Source of the DNA: an uncultured virus (IMG/VR IMGVR_UViG_3300043409_001074)
Taxonomy: Duplodnaviria > Heunggongvirae > Uroviricota > Caudoviricetes
Virus record (IMG/VR): IMGVR_UViG_3300043409_001074
DNA length: 64,000 nucleotides
Reading direction: 5' to 3' (one strand)
Program-made: the position numbers and the translations under genes
Notes under the pieces: generated by a model
Told to the model about the DNA's origin: nothing
Seen by the model: the letters and a program-made list of their open reading frames with translations, nothing else
Database searches by the model: none
In this document: positions 27,506 through 38,037 of the stretch, one piece after another
Position numbering within the stretch: position 1 is the first letter of the stretch
Layout of the letters: each line of letters starts with the position of its first letter

Positions 27506-30121
27506 TTAGTTAAAAAATTCAGCTAATGTATTGATAGGTGGTTTATATTCCCAATTCCAACCAACTACGTCCAGAATGTGTTGAATAGGAGCTATCAATG
27601 TTTTTTCAAATTGTAATTTATAGTCTATGAATTCATGAATATTTAATTCCTCTGGAAGAACATCACTGAAACCAATAACATTCTCATGAATTGTATTTGG
27701 GACCTTTAAGTATATAAATTTAATCTTATCGCCAGAAAATATACTCTGATATTTCTTATCAAGATTGTTTTTCTTTAGATAATAATTATATAAAATTGAT
27801 CCTCTTACATGAATTGGAGTGCCTTTCTCATATAGACCACTACTAGATATGTAGTTTTCTATGCCATTGACTCCTCGCGGAAATGCCACATCTTCGGGGG
27901 GTAATGTATTAAATTTTTTGTAACATTCCTGTAAATAATCCTGAATATCTTTCTCATTTTTATTCAAAATAATCTTAATAGAATCCTTAATCATACTTCT
28001 ACAAACCATAGGAGTTGATGATTTGACAGCTTCAATTCCCATAATTTTTAAAGTAGGTTCAGAATATCTAACTCCTTCACTATCCAATACTTGTAAAACA
28101 TATTTCTTCTTTGCTACCCATAATCCCTTATCGGCAATTACCTCACGTTTCATACGCATCTTCTGTGAATATACATTTAAATATTCGCCTAGATTGTCAT
28201 ATGATTGTTTGATAATTTCCTCTAATTTATCACGACATAATTTATCCAGATAATCCAATTTTGATACAGAAGTATCTTTATAATATACGTCAAGATAAGG
28301 TTCAATATTAATAACAACGGAATCAGTATCAGATGCAACAATATAATCTACATTTTCAGTATTCAGTTCTTTATTGAGATATATGTTAATATCATTCTCT
28401 ACCCATCTAATTGCTACTTGTCCAGATAGAGTAATAGCTTCGGCATTGATAATCTTAAAGTATCTAAAATATTGATTTCCAATTGCACCATATGCAGAAT
28501 TTAATAGAATTTTCTTAGACATTTGAATATTATTAAATCGAGAAATATCATTTTTAGCGTTGATATCCCCAGTTCTCTCATATTCTTTCTTAGCTTCAAT
28601 CATTTTCTTTTTATATAATACACGATCATTATACATTTTCTCCATTAAGTCATAGAAAATGCCTTGATCTTTAATATAAGCCGCACCATTGGCCGTGATT
28701 GTTAGATTTAATCTTTTCAGAAATGATAAATCATACTCCTTACGTAGAATGCCATCGACATTTACTTCTGATGTAATTCTTAGTAGTGTTTTTAAATCTT
28801 CAAGGTCATTATCTATAGGATTATCGGACATTTCAATTTCATTAATCTTAGTTAGAATATCTAATTTATCGACTAATGTTTCAGGACCAATATTTGCCTG
28901 CATGATTAGATGTGGATATAGAGAATCCAGGTCAAATGTTAATACATGTTCATATTTTCCAATGTGTGGTTCCTTAACATAGGCGCCAGCATATTGATGA
29001 GTTTTATTCACATGTTCCTTGGGTGGAATAATAATGTTTCTATCATAGAGATAATTATTAATTACTTGATCCCATACATTAACCGGGGAAAATGTATCTG
29101 ATAAATTAACATTTGTCTCAAATGCCATAGTGATAACTAAATCTAATAGTTTTTCTTTATCATTCATTCTCACTATTAGATGAGTATCTTTAATATTATA
29201 GTCACAGAATAATTGAAAATTATCCTTGTATAATTCAGATAAATCTTTATATTGAGAATAGTCTAATTTTTTCTCACCCAATACCACATTTGCAATATGG
29301 TCAAGTTTATATGTTTCCTGCATTGGATATGAGTATGCGAATTTCTTGAATACTTTCATGAAATCTAATTGTTGAATTCCAACTATATTGTATGTTTGTT
29401 GGGATTTACCATTATAGATTTCTTCTTTCTCATGAATAATATTCCAGGGAGATAAAGTCTTGGCCACTTCCCAGGATAAAATATTTGTAATTCTATTAAT
29501 GAGATATGGAATATCATAGAAATCAGTATTCCAGCCACTAATAATATCAGGAATATCTAATCGCCAGTGATCTAGAAACTTGATGATTAGATCAGTTTCA
29601 CTATTACATTTTATGTATTTAATTTTAATATCTTTAACTATACTTTTAGCTGGATCATAGTCGCCTAATCCCCAGCACATATAGTTTTCATTTTTACTGC
29701 TTTTATATGAAATGGTAATAATAGGTTGTTTAGCTTCATTAGCTGGGGAGTATCCATTCTCTCCCTTGGCAACCTCGATATCAAAAAATCCAATATTAAA
29801 ATGATCAATGTTAAATTCAATATTAGAATATTTTCTCATATCTGTCATAAATTGATATATGTAATCTTGCATACCATATATCTTGAAGTTATTCACGTCT
29901 TTATATTTTTTAGTGAATTCTCGTGCTTCTTTTATAGATTCAAATTTCTTTGGTGCTAAATCTATATAATCTAATGATCGGAATTTAGATTTTGGTTTGT
30001 TTGTTTCTAGAAATAACGTGGGTTTAAATTTGATATTTTCTTTAATACGTTTACCATCTTTATACCCACGAAATAAAATGTCGTCATAATGTAAGTCTAC
30101 TGAACTATAAAAAAACGTCAT
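27506..30121 (-). CDS. gp43: family B DNA polymerase
   Basis: FDIE exonuclease motif, DLDSLYPH, KILLNSAYG, SDTDS. Confidence 0.97.
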   Translation of the reverse strand: MTFFYSSVDLHYDDILFRGYKDGKRIKENIKFKPTLFLETNKPKSKFRSLDYIDLAPKKFESIKEAREFTKKYKDVNNFKIYGMQDYIYQFMTDMRKYSNIEFNIDHFNIGFFDIEVAKGENGYSPANEAKQPIITISYKSSKNENYMCWGLGDYDPAKSIVKDIKIKYIKCNSETDLIIKFLDHWRLDIPDIISGWNTDFYDIPYLINRITNILSWEVAKTLSPWNIIHEKEEIYNGKSQQTYNIVGIQQLDFMKVFKKFAYSYPMQETYKLDHIANVVLGEKKLDYSQYKDLSELYKDNFQLFCDYNIKDTHLIVRMNDKEKLLDLVITMAFETNVNLSDTFSPVNVWDQVINNYLYDRNIIIPPKEHVNKTHQYAGAYVKEPHIGKYEHVLTFDLDSLYPHLIMQANIGPETLVDKLDILTKINEIEMSDNPIDNDLEDLKTLLRITSEVNVDGILRKEYDLSFLKRLNLTITANGAAYIKDQGIFYDLMEKMYNDRVLYKKKMIEAKKEYERTGDINAKNDISRFNNIQMSKKILLNSAYGAIGNQYFRYFKIINAEAITLSGQVAIRWVENDINIYLNKELNTENVDYIVASDTDSVVINIEPYLDVYYKDTSVSKLDYLDKLCRDKLEEIIKQSYDNLGEYLNVYSQKMRMKREVIADKGLWVAKKKYVLQVLDSEGVRYSEPTLKIMGIEAVKSSTPMVCRSMIKDSIKIILNKNEKDIQDYLQECYKKFNTLPPEDVAFPRGVNGIENYISSSGLYEKGTPIHVRGSILYNYYLKKNNLDKKYQSIFSGDKIKFIYLKVPNTIHENVIGFSDVLPEELNIHEFIDYKLQFEKTLIAPIQHILDVVGWNWEYKPPINTLAEFFN

Positions 30122-30136
30122 ATTTTCTCCCGTATA

Positions 30137-30928
30137 TTATCCACTTCCCATACTAAAATCTTGCATAGGATCATTTGGTTTTTTATTTTTATCCGATACA
30201 TCAATAATGATTGGAATACTTTCCTCACTTTTACCTAGATCATTATTCAATTCAAGTAAAAGTTCTGCTCCTTTATTATTTGATTTAGTATTGGCGTATT
30301 CTAGATAAACACTGGAATTTTTCAATTGATGAAGAAATTCATTATATAACCGTTCTCTATCGGCTAATCCATTACTACCACCATTGATCAGTTTTGTCAA
30401 GGCTAATACATCACCTTTATCTGCTGGAACTGAACATCCCGTTCGTTCCCAATACCAAACAGCACTTAGAAATGCTCCATGTGGGGATAATAAATAATCA
30501 GGATTATTCACTACATCAATTCCACAGAAATCCGAGAATTTTTGATAATTATCTTTTCCCGTGAGTTGAATTAGTCCACGCCCACGGTATCTATATCCAT
30601 CACCTGACGCCTCACTATCATTACCCATTCTATTTGCATAAACTCTATTGGCAATTTTAATAGATTGCCTATGATACTCACCAACATAAATTTTAGTAAA
30701 ATATTTGGGAAATACTCGCAGTAAACCATCTGCGGAATAATTTAGGTTTTCTTCAACAACACTAAACCCCATAGATTCATGACCAACTTGGGATAGGAAT
30801 CCTGCTAATTTTCTGTCGGTATTAATTCCATATGAAACTAAGGTATTTAAATCAGTTTCATATTGATTAATTTTATGAGATTCTGTTCGTGGAAATACAG
30901 TTTTAATAATATCAGTAATTTTACTCAT
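30137..30928 (-). CDS. GH19 (chitinase-class) endolysin
   Basis: FLSQVGHES, ENLNYS, YRGRGLIQLTG and INGG motifs. Confidence 0.9.
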   Translation of the reverse strand: MSKITDIIKTVFPRTESHKINQYETDLNTLVSYGINTDRKLAGFLSQVGHESMGFSVVEENLNYSADGLLRVFPKYFTKIYVGEYHRQSIKIANRVYANRMGNDSEASGDGYRYRGRGLIQLTGKDNYQKFSDFCGIDVVNNPDYLLSPHGAFLSAVWYWERTGCSVPADKGDVLALTKLINGGSNGLADRERLYNEFLHQLKNSSVYLEYANTKSNNKGAELLLELNNDLGKSEESIPIIIDVSDKNKKPNDPMQDFSMGSG

Positions 30929-31274
30929 TAGTTTCTTTCCTCATTTCAAATTGCCATTTAAAATTATCTTTTAGATTTTTTTCATTGATAATTAAAATAA
31001 CGGAATTATCCAATACCTTTGGTTTAATATATTCTGGATTATACATTAAATTATGAAATGGTTCTTTACCACCTTCAGTAGAAGTATCATATTCATTTTT
31101 AAGAATTCTAATCAATCTATCAATCGCAATACCCAATGTATTTCCCTGTGCTCCAATATCATAATCTAGACATTCTCCAAGCCATACTCCATTAGTGTTA
31201 TAATAGAAGACTAGAGTGATGTCATTAGTTTTCTCATCTTTAAGTGAGAAAAACTGAATAATTTTCTTTAACAT
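30921..31274 (-). CDS. hypothetical protein with HicB-like N-terminal fold
   Basis: WLGECLDYDIGAQGNTLGIAIDRL. Confidence 0.5.
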   Translation of the reverse strand: MLKKIIQFFSLKDEKTNDITLVFYYNTNGVWLGECLDYDIGAQGNTLGIAIDRLIRILKNEYDTSTEGGKEPFHNLMYNPEYIKPKVLDNSVILIINEKNLKDNFKWQFEMRKETNE

Positions 31275-31277
31275 GTA

Positions 31278-31820
31278 TTATCCTTTTTTAATTAGTCTAT
31301 TAAATTCCATTAGAAATTGGGTTTTTGCTTGTAGTGGGTTCCAGCCATGAATTTTTACGCCTAATGCTTTAGGTTTAATTAACCATTCCCTATCTGGTTT
31401 ACCCATTAAACAACTCATTTCATCGCTACATAGATTAAAATCTACATCTTTAACGTTAGGTGGTTCATTTAAATCTAAATTATATTTAATACATACCGCA
31501 TCCATTAATTTACGTTCCATTTCTTTCCACCCCGAAATATATTTCTTCAATGGACTAGGGATATCGGCTGAATATGCCTCCGTAGCGTCATGTAGAAGCC
31601 CCCAGAGGGCGTTCTTGGGATGGACGTTCTGTGATACGATAACTGAATGTTCTGCCACTGAGTAGAAACGTTCAACGTGCCCAGCATATCTACAGGTCAT
31701 ACTCAATGAATGAGCAATGTCCATAATATCAATTTCCTCTGGTCGTGGATCAAGAGGATAAAAGCATTTACCAGTATAGGTCTGAATCCAATCACCAATT
31801 CTGTTTATATTATTATTCAT
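31278..31820 (-). CDS. HD-domain phosphohydrolase (YfdR/YfbR-like)
   Basis: DIAHSLS..CRYAGH...YSVAEHS...LLHDATEAY. Confidence 0.9.
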   Translation of the reverse strand: MNNNINRIGDWIQTYTGKCFYPLDPRPEEIDIMDIAHSLSMTCRYAGHVERFYSVAEHSVIVSQNVHPKNALWGLLHDATEAYSADIPSPLKKYISGWKEMERKLMDAVCIKYNLDLNEPPNVKDVDFNLCSDEMSCLMGKPDREWLIKPKALGVKIHGWNPLQAKTQFLMEFNRLIKKG

Positions 31821-31821
31821 T

Positions 31822-32019
31822 CTATAATTCCTTTTGATTAGGTTCATTACTATTTGTGCATTTAAATTCATGATTATGGTGATGTGGGCATCGTTTATTG
31901 CCACATATTTCACATGCATATCTGAAATATTGATACATGTTCATTATGTTGTCAAATGAAATCTTTTTAAATCTATTTTTATCATAACAAGTTTGGCAAC
32001 CACAAAAATCCATAATCAA
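31822..32019 (-). CDS. small Cys-rich protein
   Basis: CGCQTC and CEICGNKRCPH. Confidence 0.7.
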   Translation of the reverse strand: MIMDFCGCQTCYDKNRFKKISFDNIMNMYQYFRYACEICGNKRCPHHHNHEFKCTNSNEPNQKEL

Positions 32020-32026
32020 AATTCTT

Positions 32027-32482
32027 TTAGAATTTCAGAATACCATGTAGATTTGGTGGAGAATAATTTGGCCCCTTCATAATCTTACCATCCTCTCTTT
32101 TAATAGCTTTACCATCTTCTCCTAATTTACTCATATTTGATCGTTGGATTTCATTGAAACATGCATCTAGATCAATACCATAGGCATGTCCTGCACCATA
32201 TACAACATATAGTAAATCTGTGAGAGCATCAGCAATTTCAATTAAATTTTTTCGTGAATCGTTAATAAATTTTAATTTATTTGGCCATTCAATACCAGAA
32301 TCGTCACTATCTTCTAAATCGTATTGCTTAGCCATAGCTTCATGTAATTCACTAAGTTCTTCGTAAATTAGATCATGCCGCAATTCACGAATTTTTTCTG
32401 ATGGGAACCTTGCAGTAGTATGAACGTCTTGCTCATACGCCTTCATAAATTCACCAACTTTTTGAAAATTTGTTTGTTCCAT
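32027..32482 (-). CDS. MazG-like/PRA-PH NTP pyrophosphohydrolase
   Basis: EELSE...EIADALTDLLYV...SNMSK...KGPNY. Confidence 0.9.
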   Translation of the reverse strand: MEQTNFQKVGEFMKAYEQDVHTTARFPSEKIRELRHDLIYEELSELHEAMAKQYDLEDSDDSGIEWPNKLKFINDSRKNLIEIADALTDLLYVVYGAGHAYGIDLDACFNEIQRSNMSKLGEDGKAIKREDGKIMKGPNYSPPNLHGILKF

Positions 32483-32488
32483 AATAAT

Positions 32489-32899
32489 TTATTTCCCTAT
32501 TGTATATTTTGAAACTAAATTCCAGGAGGATTTTTCACCGAATGGAAGAATTTTAATATTTTTGATAATTTCTTTATCAATATCATCTTTATAATTACTA
32601 TCATCAATTTTTATGAGTTTCCAATCATGAAGTAATTTTACAATATAATTGCGTCTATCATAATCACTAACTTCAATATCTGAGAATTTCTTATCAAGAA
32701 CGAATAATTCTTTAAAATGAAGAATACCATACATTCCACGTTTATGTAGAATATGACAAGATTGGTATAGAGTTTTATTTTTATTTGATGCAATACCAAT
32801 ACGAGTGAGAGTTTCTTTAATTTTTAGAAAATCTGTGTCATTGATTTTAATTTCAATACCATTCCTACTAAAGACATTATCATATTCATTACTATTCAT
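32489..32899 (-). CDS. regA: translational repressor RegA
   Basis: FLKIKETLTRIGIA...LYQSCHILHKRG...HFKELF. Confidence 0.95.
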   Translation of the reverse strand: MNSNEYDNVFSRNGIEIKINDTDFLKIKETLTRIGIASNKNKTLYQSCHILHKRGMYGILHFKELFVLDKKFSDIEVSDYDRRNYIVKLLHDWKLIKIDDSNYKDDIDKEIIKNIKILPFGEKSSWNLVSKYTIGK

Positions 32900-33335
32900 T
32901 GTTTTCACTTTCATCCTTTTTACTATAACGTTGTTCAATTTTTTTAAATTGACTTTTAGATAACAATTTATTTATGGTTGATGCACGGCGAAGATTAACG
33001 TTATATGCTCTCGATATGAGACTTAATTTATCAAATATATCATCAGATTTAGGTGGCCATTTTGACCATCTATTTCTTTTCCTAATAACATTCATATAAT
33101 AGTCATATTGATATTTACGGGGAATTTTATTATTAATATTCATTTCATTACTATAGAGAATAGTATCCAAATATAATGAAAATCCTTTATTTACAATAAA
33201 TGCATTATATTCAAGTAATAGTTTTTCAGTAGTAGATTTACTGGTATCCTTACCTGATGATAAATTTTTAATTACATCAAATACATTTGTTTCCTTAATT
33301 CCTGTATCATTATCATGCTGTAAGTTTTGGGTCAT
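32892..33335 (-). CDS. gp62: clamp loader small subunit
   Basis: FIVNKGFS...NEMN...QYDY; synteny with regA and gp44. Confidence 0.85.
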   Translation of the reverse strand: MTQNLQHDNDTGIKETNVFDVIKNLSSGKDTSKSTTEKLLLEYNAFIVNKGFSLYLDTILYSNEMNINNKIPRKYQYDYYMNVIRKRNRWSKWPPKSDDIFDKLSLISRAYNVNLRRASTINKLLSKSQFKKIEQRYSKKDESENNE

Positions 33336-33606
33336 TATTCACTATCTTTTTTGGTTTAGGTTTATTCGGAAAAATTGGATCAGATGTTATCTTAATTGAA
33401 CATTTCTTACATACAGTATAATTATTGATATTAACGATCTTATTTTCCTCCGTTACATCAATAAGAGTTACCAGTGTGCAAAAATATTTATATAATGGAA
33501 TGTCTTCCTCACATGAAAAACATACTCTATTTTCCTTGGACTTCTTAATTGGAGAAAGGGATAATAATCTTTCTCCATTAATTTCCATGTATTCCTCAAA
33601 ATCCAT
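33313..33606 (-). CDS. hypothetical Zn-ribbon protein
   Basis: CFSC...CKKC; inserted between gp44 and gp62. Confidence 0.6.
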   Translation of the reverse strand: MDFEEYMEINGERLLSLSPIKKSKENRVCFSCEEDIPLYKYFCTLVTLIDVTEENKIVNINNYTVCKKCSIKITSDPIFPNKPKPKKIVNNDPKLTA

Positions 33607-34541
33607 TATTTATACTCAATCGTCATTAATTCTGTTAGACATGCGGCCAGATTAATCTCCTGAGATGCAACAAATGCTGATTGATATTGATATTTACCAA
33701 TAATTAAAATAGCATCAGGAATTGAATCCTTCATACATTGTGGCAATAACATTTCATATAAGCTATTATATACATTAATGCCTAAATTACTGAATAATTT
33801 ACCAGTATAGTTTCTAATCTCCGTAAAATTCTTAGTCTTTAGAAAAGACACTAATGATGTAACATCCAGATCACTTTCTAATAGTGAGTCTAATGTAATA
33901 TCGCCAGTAATTGATAACCCTTGTAGTTTATTTAAAATTTTGCGAAAATCTGGAAAATCTTTTTGAATAATACTTGTCAATGCATTCTTGTCGTATTTTA
34001 CATTTTCATGATCAAGAATATATCTACATTTCTTATAGAATTCCATGGCAACATCAGGAATTTCTTTATTCTTGAATTTGAATTCAATTACATGACACCT
34101 ACCATGTAGAGGCTCGATAATCTTATTGAACATATTACAGGTGAGAATAAACCCACAATTGTTTTTGTGTTCATCCATAAAATTACGTAAGGCCGGCTGA
34201 GTAGAATTATGATTTAAATAATCCGCCTCATCCAAAATCACAATTTTACGTTTATCCTTGAAGGATACTGTAGATGCGAAATTCTTAATCTCATTCCGCA
34301 GAGTATCAATCCCACCATCCATACTACCATTGATCATAATATAGTCAAGATCAAGCTGTTCAACAATAGCGCGGGCAACTGTGGTTTTCCCAATTCCAGG
34401 TGTTCCTGTTAAAATTAAATTTGGGAAATTTTCATTAGATACTATTCCATTTAGAACGTCTTTAATCCTACTAGGTAAAATACAATCGTTAACCGTTCTT
34501 GGGCGATATTTCTCTTCCCAAATGAAACTTTCTATACTCAT
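33606..34541 (-). CDS. gp44: clamp loader large subunit
   Basis: WEEKYRP, GTPGIGKTT, DEAD. Confidence 0.95.
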   Translation of the reverse strand: MSIESFIWEEKYRPRTVNDCILPSRIKDVLNGIVSNENFPNLILTGTPGIGKTTVARAIVEQLDLDYIMINGSMDGGIDTLRNEIKNFASTVSFKDKRKIVILDEADYLNHNSTQPALRNFMDEHKNNCGFILTCNMFNKIIEPLHGRCHVIEFKFKNKEIPDVAMEFYKKCRYILDHENVKYDKNALTSIIQKDFPDFRKILNKLQGLSITGDITLDSLLESDLDVTSLVSFLKTKNFTEIRNYTGKLFSNLGINVYNSLYEMLLPQCMKDSIPDAILIIGKYQYQSAFVASQEINLAACLTELMTIEYK

Positions 34542-34569
34542 ATTATTATTCTCCATTATATAATTATTG

Positions 34570-35247
34570 TTATTCTGCGTTAGATGGCGCAACCCAATAG
34601 ATTATCGCTTTATCTTCACTCTCAAATTGTAGTAATTTAGAAGTTGGAATAGTCGTAATATAGTTTCTCTTAATTAATTTAAGATTATCAATATTAAAAA
34701 CTCTCTTAAAATTAGTTGTAATTTCATCATTAATATTTTTAGTCGCAATGATATAACTACTAGATGTTTTATCCTTATAATTTCCAGCGATAATATTGAT
34801 TTCTCCCGTATCACTGTCACCTTCAATAGTAACATCCTTTGATTTTAGAATACTGCAAGCCTTTAGAATATTATCGAAATCCGATGAACTAAAATAGAAT
34901 TGAGTAATCACATCAGTAGGAGAAATATCAATTCTCTTATACGGCGAACTGATAATACTATCTACATTAGTAAATGTATATTTTACAGTTTTATTGTCAT
35001 CCTTTAGAATAATCTGATTTTTAGTAAACTCAGCTTTAGGTTCATTCAGAATTGATAAAATTCCTAGAAATTCATTTAAATCATAGATTGCAAATTCAAC
35101 GGGAATTTCTACATTCACCTTAGCCATTGAAACAATATTCAATTCTTTTGATCGCGTGGAAACTATATTTCCTGGTTTAAATAGTATTGAGGAATTAATA
35201 ATACTATAATTCCTCAATACTTCAATTAGATTATTCGTAAATTGCAT
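34570..35247 (-). CDS. gp45: sliding clamp
   Basis: LRNYSIINSSI, FAIYDLNEFL; synteny. Confidence 0.9.
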   Translation of the reverse strand: MQFTNNLIEVLRNYSIINSSILFKPGNIVSTRSKELNIVSMAKVNVEIPVEFAIYDLNEFLGILSILNEPKAEFTKNQIILKDDNKTVKYTFTNVDSIISSPYKRIDISPTDVITQFYFSSSDFDNILKACSILKSKDVTIEGDSDTGEINIIAGNYKDKTSSSYIIATKNINDEITTNFKRVFNIDNLKLIKRNYITTIPTSKLLQFESEDKAIIYWVAPSNAE

Positions 35248-35274
35248 AATATAGACTCCAATTATTAGTTATAA

Positions 35275-37221
35275 TTAAGTAGTAATCTTTTTATTCTTTT
35301 TTAACTGACTAACATCAGCCGTGGCGCTTGCCCCTAATTGTGCAAGGTCTGCAAGAGTTCCCCCAAATATGTATGATCCAACATGCTGTAATGCAATCCA
35401 GGGACATAACCATACCTTGCCACCCATCTTTCTCACATTCTGACAAAAGAAATAATCTTCTGATAAATATCTTTTTGTCTCTGGATCAATGATACAATCG
35501 AAATATGCCGTAATTTCTCTACTACCATCGAATGCATCCGTGCGAACATGATCCGGCTTATAACTATACTGTGGATATGCCTCTTTGTAAAGATCAAAAG
35601 TTTTACGACGAATCATCATAAAGCCAGTTCCAGTTTCCATAACTTCGGCAGGTTCATTAATTTGAATATGAGTAGTATTGCCAGCAGGATTAAATACATA
35701 ATCTCCAACATATTTATTTAAATTCTCTGGATCATCATCTGCAAATCCTTTATCGACCGCCATTTTAATTTTTTCCCAGCTAATACAATTGCGAATAAAA
35801 ACTGTATTATATAGGAAATTATGATTATTTTCAACTCCAATATCATATTGATCACTATCATAATCAATTTTTTCTACAGATTCAATTTTAGTGGCAGCGA
35901 ATTCTAATCTATCATTATTTAATGGAACGAATTCACTGTTTCTATATTTTTCTGGAAGTTTATATTGCATATGTTCTGGAATATGTTTTGATATAATTTG
36001 AAAAAATTTATCAGCATCGCCATTAACGAATCTTAATCTTTTATATGTTCTTTTAGTAACATCATTGGCTGTAGGTTGCATTTCATCAATACGAACATTA
36101 AATCCATATGTGTTCTTAAAATATTCTACAAGAAGTAATTGATCCTCATCAGAAAATCCCTGAGTATTCAATTCACAATAATGTGCAGTATCGCCAGACT
36201 TCTTTAGGCAACCATCATCCATATACCAAAATGCTAGTGCAATATCGTTAATATATGGAATTATATTTTTAACAGTTTTTTCATTATTTTCAAAAAATAA
36301 TTCTCTGGCATATTTTGTTTGTCCATTAACTATAGATGAAAGTTGAAAAATTTGTGAAGTGGAATATCCAACTGATTTATATTCTCTAATAGTTCCACCA
36401 AATAAATTTTGTTTATATTCTAAATATTCTTTTTGTTTTTCTCCATGACTACATGATAATCTATTATATCTACCAGATATATGACTATCTCCCATCAATG
36501 TCCCAATTAATGCAGAAACAACATCTGTATTATATAAAGCCTGTGATCTTACGTTTTCTGGGTTTAATGAAGTGTATTTTCCGACCATTTCATCAACTCT
36601 TTTAAATTGAATAGTTGGATTAAATAAATCTTCAACATAAGAAATTTCATGATCATATGTCATAATCAATTTTTTAGCTTTAGTTGGGTGTTTTGATAAT
36701 TTAACTTCTACCCATTTGTTATTATTAGGGTTTAAGTGATGTTCTAGAATATTATTCCATGATGTCTTACCAGTATCATCAATGGTTAATACCTTTCCAT
36801 TATATTTGTTATCAACAATCCATTTAATTTTCTTGTAACCATCCTCAGTTAAAATTTTGGCATTTTTATGAATTGATTTTTTTGGATACGGACCTGCAAG
36901 GACATCATATGGTGATTCATCTGATTGCATCGCTAACATAGCAATAACATCATTAGCATTGAAACCAATATCAGCGTCAACGAATAGAAAATGTGTTGAG
37001 TCACTACGTAGAAATTCATCTACACAATAATTTCTTGCCCGAGGGATTAGTGATTCGTTGAATAAAGAGTAGAATTTCATTTCTATTCCATATTTCATAC
37101 AAACTGCTGTCAGATCAGATATCGACCTATTATAGATGCCCGCGCACATGCCGCCGAACATTGGACTGGCCAAAAATAATTTCTTTTTTTGTAGCTCTTC
37201 GTGGGTAATTTTAATTTCCAT
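35275..37221 (-). CDS. glycosyltransferase-like protein interrupted by an intein
   Basis: ESLIPRARN, FVDADI, GTGFM and LSEDYFFC (GT-A-like). Confidence 0.75.
   Translation of the reverse strand: MEIKITHEELQKKKLFLASPMFGGMCAGIYNRSISDLTAVCMKYGIEMKFYSLFNESLIPRARNYCVDEFLRSDSTHFLFVDADIGFNANDVIAMLAMQSDESPYDVLAGPYPKKSIHKNAKILTEDGYKKIKWIVDNKYNGKVLTIDDTGKTSWNNILEHHLNPNNNKWVEVKLSKHPTKAKKLIMTYDHEISYVEDLFNPTIQFKRVDEMVGKYTSLNPENVRSQALYNTDVVSALIGTLMGDSHISGRYNRLSCSHGEKQKEYLEYKQNLFGGTIREYKSVGYSTSQIFQLSSIVNGQTKYARELFFENNEKTVKNIIPYINDIALAFWYMDDGCLKKSGDTAHYCELNTQGFSDEDQLLLVEYFKNTYGFNVRIDEMQPTANDVTKRTYKRLRFVNGDADKFFQIISKHIPEHMQYKLPEKYRNSEFVPLNNDRLEFAATKIESVEKIDYDSDQYDIGVENNHNFLYNTVFIRNCISWEKIKMAVDKGFADDDPENLNKYVGDYVFNPAGNTTHIQINEPAEVMETGTGFMMIRRKTFDLYKEAYPQYSYKPDHVRTDAFDGSREITAYFDCIIDPETKRYLSEDYFFCQNVRKMGGKVWLCPWIALQHVGSYIFGGTLADLAQLGASATADVSQLKKNKKITT
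35788..36876 (-). mobile_element. intein with LAGLIDADG homing endonuclease (363 aa)
   Basis: YPKK|SIHKNAKIL...TYDH...LIGTLMGDS...FWYMDDG...YDIGVENNHNF...FIRN|C. Confidence 0.9.
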
Positions 37222-37887
37222 TTAGGTTTCCTTAGAATAATTTTCTCTTGTTATAAATTTGCCGGTCACATCATGGTTCATAATACGACCAACGGCCCAG
37301 TTTTCAACCAAAAATTTATTTAAATCTTCTGGTTTGATCCTTTTATGTTTTCCATCTTTATTGATCCATAATCTATTATTACAACTGTCTCTATTTTTAT
37401 AATAGGTAGATTTAAATTCTGGATCAATATTATTCATGGCTATTTTAGTATTTTTCTTTATTAGTGCTAATTGTTCATCAGAATATCTATTAGTAACTCC
37501 TTTAAATATACTTTTCTGAACTCCAATTTTTCCTTTGTTCCATGGCACAGAACCTTTTTTCCTTATAAAATCATCTAAACCGCCGGGATTTCGTTGATTA
37601 AGGAATCGTTTATCTCTAACTATATTCATTCTTTTAATAACTTTAATTTCCCAAAGTCTGGTGGAAATTTTATCATTAAATTTTTTACGGATTTGAATTA
37701 CATTAGGTTCGCCATGATTTTCTCTAATATTTTTAACTAATTTAGATGAAGTAAAATATTTCTTCCACAAATCATTAGGATTACACCCGGCGGCGTATCT
37801 ACATCCATAATACCAAAGGTCTAAATTCGACCAACCTATCAGATATGTATAAGGTATAGTTTCATCATTTTCAATATTTGTATAAAT
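37222..37887 (-). CDS. GIY-YIG-like homing endonuclease, probable ATT start
   Basis: Frame continues upstream of the called start through PYTYLIGWS...WYYGCRY; GGAG 8 nt before ATT. Confidence 0.65.
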   Translation of the reverse strand: MYTNIENDETIPYTYLIGWSNLDLWYYGCRYAAGCNPNDLWKKYFTSSKLVKNIRENHGEPNVIQIRKKFNDKISTRLWEIKVIKRMNIVRDKRFLNQRNPGGLDDFIRKKGSVPWNKGKIGVQKSIFKGVTNRYSDEQLALIKKNTKIAMNNIDPEFKSTYYKNRDSCNNRLWINKDGKHKRIKPEDLNKFLVENWAVGRIMNHDVTGKFITRENYSKET

Positions 37888-38037
37888 TTTATTAACTCCA
37901 CATTTTTTAATTATTTCATATTATTTGATTGATTTTATTGAGACTTGATTTTTTATCATTGACAGGAGTTTAACTCTACTGTATATCATAGTCTTCAATA
38001 TTATATATGCATTCAAAAAACATAAATGAGGAAAAAT

